This document shows positions 23,815 through 34,837 of a stretch of 64,000 nucleotides of DNA, one piece after another. Source of the stretch: Acanthaster planci (taxonomy: Eukaryota); contig NW_019091357.1 in NCBI RefSeq assembly GCF_001949145.1, forward strand, positions 62,001 to 126,000, written 5' to 3'. The stretch's first letter is position 1, and the number at the start of each line of letters is the position of its first letter. A program made the translations under genes and the position numbers. The notes under the pieces are model-generated. The model did no database searches and was not told where the DNA came from. It saw only the letters and a program-made list of their open reading frames with translations.

Positions 23815-24317
23815 TTCTGATGATCCCGCACGAGGCCTGCGGCAAAACGTTCAAAGTTTAATTTAGCATATGTTTCTCAAATAGCGCCCTCATTTGTTTA
23901 AGTTGAGCAAAGTAACCTCAATCAACTTTCACAAGTCGTTTGTAAAAATATAGATCCAGAATTTTAGACTTGGAGAAGAAAATCTGCGAAAAAATTATGC
24001 TTTCAGTAGTTTTATCTATGTGATATAAACTTATTCATTCATCAATTATTTCTATCTTGTGTACAGCAATATGTGTTTATTTTCTACCTGAGGACGTAGA
24101 GAATGTTTATGTTGTGATTATTCGGTTTAGTATGTCATTGTACTCAATGTACATGTACATATACATGTACAATGCAGCGGTGCCGTGCCGTGCGTATGCC
24201 ATTGATGCAACTTCAGAAAAGTGGCCGTTCTCTTTTGTTGGAGCATTAAATCTTGTCCTCTGACCTCACATAACCAGCCGTTTTCTCTGTGATTGTGCCA
24301 GGGACTAAATCAACAAG
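23815..24317. promoter_or_regulatory. Probable bidirectional promoter between EEF1E1 and the ENPP-like gene
   Basis: Divergent start codons are only ~500 bp apart (23814 on -, 24318 on +). The interval contains TAGCGCCCTC at 23882-23891. Confidence 0.65.
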
Positions 24318-27300
24318 ATGTCGGGGTCAATTTATAACTACAGTGACTCTGATTATGAAATGGTTGATCCGCTAAAGGAGTCCTGGAATCGGACCCCGGA
24401 GAGCGGAAATTCCAGCACAGTCGAGCCGGAGCCAACGCGACGAGCTCCCGTAGCAAGCCCAAGGAAGCCGCCTCGTCCTGCGAGTATGGCAGGGGTAGCA
24501 CCACGGAACCACAATGGAGAAAAGAGTACAGATGTATGTGGTTTGTTGACTCTCTTTGCTCGTTCAAATATTTGCTATGTCGGCGAACAGTTTTTCCTAT
24601 CCGAATCAGAAACTTTTTTAATTACGTCACTCGTACATATATTTTGAGTCAAACTCAAATGCTACCAAACTGCTACTTGTGTCTTCTTATCCCATTATTG
24701 TAGGGCTTTAGAAACTTGACTGGAATTACCTTCAAGTATGACAACCTGACAACTGATAGTTACTACACTTTGTTTTTCTAGTAATAATATGTAGGGCCTA
24801 GGCCTGTTGTGGCCTGATGTTGACAACCAGAATGTGTAAGCAGAGTGTTTGTGTATGAGTTAGTTGTTCTTTGAAAATTATACAATTTTCAAAGAAATAG
24901 AAATCTAATATGGGCATTTCTTAAACTCATAAGACACATCTTTTAAAGTTTTATCATATGCAAAAGATTACACCAAAAATTTCCACAAAGGGGTGAGTGA
25001 AAAAAATAATTCTAAGCTGTTTTAAAACTGCTATTTACTCTTCACATTTAAGCCAATATATTACATTTTTTACCTTTTTCATTTTCTCTCAGTCTTCAAT
25101 ACAGATGGAGGATATTCATGTCACAGAGCCACGATACTCAGAGGTCCCTGAATACGAACCGGATTTTGTCCAACCCAAAGTTCAACCTACAATAAAAACC
25201 AACCCCAGCATGTTCAAGCCTGTTGAGTCCAGCTCCATCGAACCAAAGGTCCATTCCACAACTGAAACTAGTCCCAACAGGTACAGCTCTGAACCACCTC
25301 AAAATAGAAGCACCCAGTCTCAGTCCCCTGCAAAGAATTCTGTGCGAACAGAACCACTCAGCAAAGAGGAACGGAAGAAAGCAGTGTTGGCTAATAAAAT
25401 CAAAGCAGCTGTAAGTTTTTTTTTAGTTGAATAAGAAAGTTCCATGCACAATCATACAATCTGATTTGTTGATAGATATTATGTGTTTGATAAGGATGGA
25501 TTGAAACACACCTGCAGGATCAGTATAAAATTATCAACAAAGTTGTTTTTAAACCTTATGTAGTGTTTGGTGTGGACATTTAACACTTTCACTGTTGATA
25601 AGCAATACCTCTTAAGACTCAGTAATATGAGTTTCTTACAGTTTCAGAAGAATTTTTCCAAAATTGGCATCATGGCTTTATATAAAAGACAGATAAGGAT
25701 CTGGATTTGAATTCCAGTATTACAAAGTCTGTATAGTTTTTCTACTAAAAATGGAATATCACTGATTATTCTCTGTCAGGTTGAACCTAATGATGAAAAT
25801 GACGATTATGAAAATTCATTTATGCAGCGACACCGTCGTCCCATAATGGTGAGGAATGAAAAGTTTGCCAACAACTCAAAATGGGAAAGTTTTAAATTTG
25901 TTTCACACACTAACCACTATAACACTTGAGACATTCTTACCTCCTGCTTGTTGAATTGCCATTCAGTTTCAAATGTAATCATGTTGTAAAATGTATGTAT
26001 AGGTAGGCTGTCCTAATCCTTCTAACAAATTCGGTAGTTAGAAGAAGGAATTCACTATCAATAAACGTTCTGATTCAAAAAGAGACCAGTATGAAACCAC
26101 TTTGCACAGACGTGTCTTGGTGAGTTGTGTATTGATTGGGATGAAATCATTTGTAAGTGAATCTCTGGCTTGTCCACCCAAACATCTAGAAATGGCATCA
26201 TGGAAAAACTCCAAGGAGTAGAGTTGCTTTAAAGTACACATACAACAATCCAAATCAATTATGTTGTGTCCTAATCCTTCTCTACATGTATAACCCCTAC
26301 CTATCTGCTAACCCCTACCTATCTGGAAACTGTTGTAAATAGTCTAACATTTCTGTGAGCATGTTTGTAAATAAGAAAAACGAAATTGCATGGCATTGTA
26401 GCACAGTTACACAGGGGATACTTGGACTGTTTTCAAAATTAAGTTTGAAATAGTTGAATTTCAAACAGGGTTAATTGATAAATGGAGACCATCTTATCCT
26501 TCCTTCTTTCAATGTCAGACTCACTAACCAAGTTACTAGCAAAAGCATCACTCACACTATGGAACTCTGGAAGTGCTATCCAACATGTTGACATCTTGTT
26601 TCTTGGGATAACGACATGATACAGGAAAGATGTTCACAACCTGAGCTAATTTATCTTGAGATGACGACATCGTAAAAGTTGGATGCGCCATCCTGCGTAT
26701 TTATCATGGGATGACGACTTTGTAAAAGGGTAGACATCAAACTTGCTGGATGTCATCATGGAATAAGTTATCTAAGGATGTCGTCATCCCGTGATAAATA
26801 CGCAGGATGTCAATGTCTTGCCTTTATTATGCCATCATCCCTAGAAAAAATATGTCAAGATCTCGACAAGTCAGATGGCACTTCCAGAGCTGCGTATTAC
26901 TCACAGCATGATTATTGTTTTCAATTGCTGTTGTCTTTCACTTTCAGCAGAATATCAACCTTTGAGTTGAGTGTTTATGCATACCCTTTAACACATGAAA
27001 CAGCCAACTATTCCTTATTTTGAGGCAGAACCACACAATCTACTGTGTTTAATCCACACTCCTCTGAATGTTCTGCTCTGTTTTTCAGCTTGTTGTTTTT
27101 CTACTGCTTGTTGCATTGGCCATAGCACTTGGAATCGGTGCCAGAAATGCCTCCAGTAAGTCTACATGTACTAACAGGTGTTTGTGAAGGTTTTCAATTC
27201 ACCATGGAAAAAGGTACTCTCTGTGGAGATATAGGTCAAAGCAGCATTGACATTTTACAATACATAAGTGCTTCAGCATACATCAGACTGCATGTACCAT

Positions 27301-30300
27301 TTACATGGAAAATGTTATTGCTCTCAGTTAAAGGGGTACATGTGTGTGGCCTCTGATTTAGGACGAAGGTGCTTTCGTGACAGTTGAGTATAACAGGGTA
27401 TGTTTCTGTTTGTGTGGTTTAACATTTTAGGAACTATCATTAAAGCCATTATTATACAGAATTTGTAACTTGTGATCTGGAAATCTTTGAAGTTACAAAC
27501 TCACGCCGGTATGCACGTTTAGCTGAAAATCTGTCAATACTGACAAGTTATTCATGGTGCATTCACTTTTTTCCTCATTATTTAGTGGTTAGCTTCTCCG
27601 GAGCTTTCTCTAAGAACAAAGGCAAGCAGTGTGTGCACATGTGTAGGAACATGGACAGGTGAGTTATCTTCTAGAGCAGGATATATTTGTACTCATGTAC
27701 AGTACTTGAGGGATTTATCAGACAAAATAGCACTTCAAGTGGCTGATAGGTAATTGGATATCTGTTTTCAGAAGAACTGAAGTATGCGAGGGAGACTTGT
27801 AGTAAAACAACTTTATTTTCAAGCAAAGTGCACGCACGTACATAGCATTATTAGACTGTTCCTTTTTTTCTAGATATCCTACTTCCCCATTGGTTGTGAT
27901 CGCTCTGAATGGGTTTCAAAGTAACTTCTTCCAGTACCAGTCACTAGTCAGCAATATTGCACGCCTTGGTATGTATAAAACATTCATCTCATGCCATTTG
28001 TCTGCAACTTAGCCTGCGTTTTATCAATTTAAATGGATTGACTCTGGATCTAAATTTTCATTTTACCGTATAAGTCCCATTGACTTGTGTTTGTATGTTT
28101 CATTTGTTGTAAACCAAATGTGACTGATGGTTCTTTTTCTATCACAGCTGAATGTGGCGTCCATGGCAACACAATTTCATCATATCCATCAACAGCTATA
28201 CCTGATTTGTATTCCATTGTTACTGTAAGTATGACGTTTAAAATATGACTTCTTTCTTAACTTCATGTGTTTCTGAATATTTGCTGATTAGAGTATGTTA
28301 TTGTGTTGTTCCTATATTAGGGTATTTACCCAGCATATCATGGGAAAGCTGCTGATTGGCTCAGAGTTTATGGCTTAAACGAGACGGAATTTGGTCCTGC
28401 TGAACGTCCCAATACCTACAGCAGGATAGATCCAAAATGGTTCCAGCAAAATGGGGTGAGATGATACTGTCAACTCTCTGATTGTGTTTTCCACAGAAAG
28501 GGAAATGTTGACTTGAAACAAGAATTTTATTCCTGTCAAGAGTGACTGGACTGTAAAATAAACTCTGTAATAGTTTAAGGTTTGTTCTTTTCTTTCCAAC
28601 AGCTTTGGGGAATTGCTGCAGACCAAGGCCATCTGACTGCTAGTCATTCATGGATTGGACGAGAAGGCAACATTGACGAAGACCAACCCCCTTCACCATC
28701 ATATTATCAGACATATGACAGGTTGTTATCACGGAAACAGACCATCAAATTCCAGAATAAGTTGACGTTCTTTCAGGAGAGAAGGCACTGATTTGAGAAG
28801 GAGAAATGTTCTGTTCTTTCAATCACTGTCCAGTGCTGCTGTGTTGTTTTTGGATAATGGACTTAACTTAAATTTCTTTGTTCTTTCTCTAAGTGTAACA
28901 AATCTATCCCTTTGAAGTAGCAATGGATTGTTGCCTAAAGCAGGGAGGCCAACTTTAAGATATTCTGTGATATTCCTCTTCCAGTGGAATCAGCTACCGG
29001 GACCGGATTCAGACAGTAGTCAACTGGTTGCACCTAAACCCATCAGAAAGGTTAACAGAATTTATAGAGAATTTTAAAATCATTGATTGCAGCAATAATT
29101 CATAAATATACACAGTTCAGTTTTTTGTGTTACTTCACACTCTGCACTCATCAACTTTTTCGGTGTACCGATTAAATACCTTTTTAATATGCCTGTTCCA
29201 ACACATTTTTACAAGGTTTGTTCTAATTTCCAGGCCAGATTTTATTACAGTCTACTTTGAAGATCCTGGAGTAACAGTTCAGAAGTACGGCATAGAATCT
29301 GATCAGGTAAACAATCATCTTAACAGTTTCACAGCTGCAACAAATTGTTTTCAGGGTATAGAAGTGAAAAATGGATGTTCCAAAGTAAATTGTTGTTTCT
29401 GCCGACTGACTGAATAATCGAGCTATGATCAAGGGTGCATCGGTATCTGGTTTGACGTCTTGTGTGAGGAGATGATCCTTGTTTTTAAGATCTATTTTGC
29501 CTCTCAACAGACCATGGATAGCCTAGCTAAAGTGGACAGTGCAATAGGCATCCTTCTGGACTCCCTGTTTGAGGAGATGGATCTTGGCTGTATTAATGTC
29601 ATGGTTGTATCAACAGGTGGATTTGCTGACAGAAACTGTGATAGGACCTACTATCTTATTGATGTGAGTTCTAAATTGTTTATTGTTGTGGAATGCCTGA
29701 TTTTTTGTGTAAAATGAAAATGATGGTCTTAAAATCACAAGGCATAGCTTCCTGAGTATATTTTCTGAAGACAATGTGCATTTTTGTTCATCTCAGGACT
29801 TGCCCAATGTTGGTGATTTCAGTTTGCTTCCTGATTCTGTTACGTCTGTGGGTAAGATAACTGCAACTGACAGAGGTAAATTGGGTTTAATTAAGTTCAG
29901 AGAATAATTGTGTTCATGTGGGTGTTTGCTTCAATACTGGCAGATTTGATTTGGTAACATTGTTTTGTTTATACTTACATGTAGCTATATAAATTATGCA
30001 CAAAGTACATCACCATAATTTCAAAAGGATTAAGTTTTAAAGTGTCAAAAATCTGCAATTTTTATTTACTACAGCTCCACTAGAAATGGACACTGCAGAG
30101 GAAATTATGGAACATTTACAGGTAGGTACATATCCAACCGCAAAGTAGGAAAACATATATTCATCCCATTTGGTGTGAGGAGATCAGTGGGCAGGTACAT
30201 GTTACTCTATCAAGCCATGTCTACATTGTCAAGCTTCTTGGAACCAAACCAATTGTAACCCTAATTTAAACTTTTATCCCATGCAGTGTAAAGTCAACCA

Positions 30301-33300
30301 TGGGCAGGTGTTTACTAAGAGACTGCTACCTGTTCAGCTGCATGCCTCCTACGGTCTTCAATATGAAGATGCAGTTGTACTGATGGAAGAAGGATGGACA
30401 TTTTCAAAGTAAGATTTCCTGTCAAAAGCATGAACATCTGTTGCATTAATCACACAAACAATTCTTATTTCAACAAGTACATTTAGAAAGAAACTTACTC
30501 ATCTGACAAGAATTTCTGTTTGTCATACTTCTACTCCTCCTTTTTCTTACCTTCTGGCTACATTGTTCTCACATCTGTTAGTAAGTTAGTTTCATTTCTC
30601 CAATTCTTCTAGACAACAAGAAGGTTACGATCGTACGAACTGCAAAGGTGCCTCTGATGGGTTCAACCCATACAGCTCCAACATGCAGGTATTAGTTCAC
30701 AAATGGACAAGGTGTATCTAGATTTCTTTAATATAAATTTTGCAAAACATCAGAAGCTCAATTGGCTTTACGTTGCAAAAAACCCGAGATTGTCTAAGGT
30801 TACTGATTCCTTTTCAGGGGATGTTTGTTGGTTTTGGAAAGGGCTTTAAGACAGCCAAGACAGTCCCAGCAGTCAGAAATGTGGATCTTTTTAACCTCAT
30901 GGCAGGTAGGAATACTCAGTACTCACTCAGTTTTAAAAGACAAGGTATTGTGAAATATTAACTTAGTAACAGTAGAGTTTGTTAACCCTAATAATCCGTT
31001 GATCTGTTTACCATCACATACCATGAAATCCACGACAAAGGATATCTCAAGCAGCTGGAATATTCATTGAATGTTTGGAATATGGAACCCAAAAGTGCAC
31101 AATCACTTTCAAAGTTTCCAAGTTCACCATTCATCCTGGTGTACAGAACTCGTCAATGTGACTCCAGGAGAGAACAATGGTACAGCAGGCATTTTCAGCA
31201 ATGTCCTGACATCTCCTAAGATGCAAGACACAGTTGCCGTGGAGTTCTCATCCCCAAGAAATGCAGAATGCAGTTACCCAGGGAATGACAATGAGTATGA
31301 TCAAAGACAGCTCGACTCTGATACAGGTTGTGTTTGCACCCAAGCAGTCCTAAATGTAAGTTTTTGAGAAAGTGACGGACTTCATCAGATTTACAATTTT
31401 CTGTCAGAAGAAAATGAAAAAGTGTCATTGTACATGTGAGAAATCAAGTTATCAGGTAATGCCATTACTAATGAGACATACAATTTTAAGATTTAACATG
31501 GCTGTTTTCTGAAAAAGCATTATGGAATGACTGTGTTGTTTCTTTACCTATGAAAAAAATGTCTTCTTTTCTGTACATCTTTTGCACACATTGACTATGA
31601 AGTATCTGTTATTAGATGTCACTTTTCAGTCTTACCCAGAAACCCGAGAAGTCACACTGAAGGATATAAATAACAACCTCAGACAAACAAATGGTAAGCA
31701 CCAGTCAGATTATTTACATTTTGTCGCAGTGCTGTAACACATTTGAAGTGGTTTGCTCTGAGATCAAAATTTCCTTCTTTCATTGAAAGTCCCTGTTCAT
31801 TAAAAGCAACAATCAAAGATTTTCTGATTTTTATCATCCACCAGCATGCCAACTGAGATTGGATAAGTCAAAGAAAGTTCTTTTGTACCATTTTTAGTGC
31901 CAGCTTCCAGGCAAAGAAATGCTCCCTTTGGTTTCCCAAGGATCTCCAGGAATGTCGGTTCTACAGGCCAAGATTACTGTGAGCTGTATCAGTCAAACTT
32001 CATCACAGTCTACGAAAACAAACTCAAAATTCCACTCTTTGCTACCTTTACTGTACAAAGAAATGTAAGTTGAAATGAACATTTTCTTGTTTTATTCTTA
32101 TTGATTCTGTTTCTAGTATGACATATATGACATTGCACCATGAACAACTCCATCTTGTATTCCTTAACTTATTATGTATTACATTTTATTTGTTTGTTAG
32201 TCTGGCACAACAACACTGATAGGAAACTGCCTGCGATATGACGTTAGACTACAACCGGATAAATCACCGAAATGTTCAAACTATGACAGTAATAGCAATC
32301 CACAACTGCCCATCAACATAGTGCAGGGATTATTGTATGATCCATGTAAGTTAAATGATCTAATTTTTTATTCTCTTTCGGTGTTTATGTCTGTCATAGT
32401 TTCATTTTCTCAGATAAACCATTGATCTGCCTTTCATTTTTTTTGTATTTAAACATAACTTATTGAGAATAGAAAAGGGACTTTTTTCCAGACGATAGAT
32501 TTTAGGACAACTCACAGTTAAACAAATGTCTCAGGATATGTCTCATTTGTCATCTGTTTTCATTTCAACTTTTTCAGCTTTGGCAGATTCAGTGAATGAT
32601 GAATTGAATGCATTAACGTCAGCCAACATCATACCTCAGTATGCTGCTTTCCAACAAAGTAAGGAGACTTAACTCTTCTTTAAAGCAAGAAGAATGCAGC
32701 GCCAGTACTATTACATCAATGAAGAGTAGATATCTGTGCAAGAAAACGTGCAAGACATGAATTTATTCAAAAAAATAATAGGTGTGACTTATCAACTTCA
32801 CATTTTGAGCAATTATCAGCCAACTGTATCTTAACTTTGACTTCACTTCCAGATGTGTGGTTGCCATTGGCTGCTAGAATTCGTCAATGGGCCAATCAGA
32901 GCAATCGATCACTTGAGATGAATGTTGTGGTTGGTCCAGTGTATGATTGGAACTCTGATACTTTACAGGATACTTACAAACAGCTTGCAGCAAGGTAAGT
33001 CAAAAGTAACTTGAAATGCAACCAAATGGCTAGGTTGCAGTAAGGAGACAAATTATTATTACCACTCATGGGTCATTAGGGAGACATTCCCATAAGAACA
33101 TGCACAAAATTTTTCCAACTTTACTGTCCCATAATTCAATATTCCCTAATCNNNNNNNNNNNNNNNNNNNNNNNNNNNNNNNNNNNNNNNNNNNNNNNNN
33201 NNNNNNNNNNNNNNNNNNNNNNNNNNNNNNNNNNNNNNNNNNNNNNNNNNNNNNNNNNNNNNNNNNNCTATTCCATACAAATTATTTCTTTCAACTTGTC

Positions 33301-34082
33301 AACTTACCACACCTTAGTAGTTGATGAAATAAAGGCAGCACAACTTCCTTACTTCCAATCTGTTGTGAAAATTATTCTTGTGTAGTCTACGCTCTCATTA
33401 TCTAATTAATCATGCACATTACTCACTCAGAGTAAACAAGAGGCACAAATCCGTTGTGTTCTTTGCTTGACTCATGCTTTTTTTTTGCTGTACATCCACC
33501 CCTACTCATCAGCCAAGCCTGGGTTGTCGACACTCCAGTCCCATCCCATTACTTCATAGTTGCTTCAAGATGTAAGGAAGACATCAGTTTAACAATGTGC
33601 TCCTTACATTCACTTGAAGTGGTGTCCTTCGTTCTGCCCAATACTGACACCATCAGAATCTGCAAGGTATGTTGCAAAGGACACCAGATTGAAATCAGTG
33701 TATACTGTACTTGTAGGTTCTAAATCTTAATTTAAGCAACTTTTATATGCGACTGAAAGTTTAAATTTGGCTCAGCCTGTTTAAGCAGAAAACAATTAAA
33801 CACTGAGTGTAAAATGCTGCCCTGTGATCTTGGCTAACAGAACGGGACTAGAATAACCAATTGAAAGTTGAACTTGTTTCAAGACTTGATTTCAAACGTT
33901 TCCTGGAACTTTCTCTACAGACATTTGATGACTACCTTTGGACCCACATGACATCACTTCAAGACCTAGAACTGATCACAGGACTACAACTGTTCCCTGA
34001 CATGAGTGCTGATGAAGAACTGAAAATTGAATTCCTTCAATTCAAAACAAAGATGCCAACAACGTCACCGTGGATGGCGTAA
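24318..34082 (+). CDS. ENPP-family (nucleotide pyrophosphatase/phosphodiesterase-like) type II membrane protein with PDE and nuclease-like domains; predicted catalytically inactive
   Basis: 25 GT-AG exons in continuous frame: 24318-24533, 25093-25410, 25780-25848, 27089-27155 (TM), 27586-27658, 27874-27968, 28148-28224, 28321-28455, 28603-28721, 28985-29050, 29234-29306, 29511-29663, 29797-29875, 30075-30121, 30287-30408, 30613-30688, 30818-30905, 31147-31355, 31630-31693, 31898-32064, 32201-32345, 32578-32658, 32853-32994, 33513-33666, 33921-34082. ENPP1-3-like scaffold motifs are YSIVTGIYP..HG, RPDFITVYFE.P, NMQGMFVGFG.GFK, P..NNGT.G, PFG.PR, NVVVGPVYD, VPSHYFIV and DLELITGL. Confidence 0.9.
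26565..26889. mobile_element. MITE-like palindromic element in ENPP-like intron 3
   Basis: Outer inverted pair CTCTGGAAGTGCTATC / GATGGCACTTCCAGAG; inner inverted pair CATCCTGCGTATTTATCATGGGATGACGAC (~26689) / GTCGTCATCCCGTGATAAATACGCAGGATG (~26780). Confidence 0.7.
33152..33267. other. Assembly gap (N run) within an ENPP-like intron
   Basis: Run of N. The flanking exons join in frame, so no exon is obviously missing. Confidence 0.95.
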
Positions 34083-34607
34083 CCTCAGGTTGGAGACAAC
34101 TTTTGCCAATGTTTAAAACCAAAAATACAAACTTTACATAAACCAGGAAGTTGACAAAGTCCTTTGATAGGTGCAGCATTCAAGATATTCCATCTTCATA
34201 TCACATTCCTCTTGTTTGTCTCTGTGCAAGCAGAAAAATTACAGTTCACTGTCTGAAGACCAAAATATGTTAGGTTAAGTTTCCAAACATTTGAACATTT
34301 ACACTGAATGAATCCTTTCAAATCTTCAGAGGAACCTTAGTGGATTCACGCCTCAGGCTGAGTTTGGGGCAGGATTGAGGAAAAATTAGAGTTGAAAATG
34401 AATTTTAGTACATGTATTTAACAATTGTCTAATGATAGCTATATGCATCCATGCATAATTTTCTAACATTGCTTCGTGAAATCAAACCCGTGTGTATTCA
34501 AGAACAGAAGATGCAAAACAATGCACAACAAAATACAAAGGATGACTTTGAGATGTCTGTGCCAGTCAAAATAATGCTTGGAATTTGGAAGATAAATTAC
34601 AGAAGGT

Positions 34608-34837
34608 ATCAGCTTGATGACTTCATGCCATGACATTTTTGTACAATTGCAGGATCAGCTTGATGACTTCATGCCATGACATTTTTGTACAGTTGCATGA
34701 TCAGCTTGAAGACTTCATGCCATGACACTTTTGTACAGTTGCATGATCAGCTTGAAGACTTCATGCCATGACATTTTTGTACAATTGCATGATCAGCTTG
34801 ATGACTTCATGCCATGACATTTTTGTACAATTGCATG
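34608..34837. repeat. Minisatellite, 5 x 46 bp, downstream of the ENPP-like stop codon
   Basis: Unit ATCAGCTTGA(T/A)GACTTCATGCCATGACA(T/C)TTTTGTACA(A/G)TTGCA(T/G)G repeated head-to-tail with no spacers. Confidence 0.95.

Noticed and set aside
24318..34082. ENPP-like gene as a classical pseudogene
   Set aside because: I found no stops or frameshifts in 25 exons, splice sites are canonical and scaffold motifs are retained; loss is concentrated on catalytic residues.
34608..34837. Possible CRISPR array
   Set aside because: Units are directly adjacent with no unique spacers, there are no cas genes, and the context is eukaryotic; it is a minisatellite.
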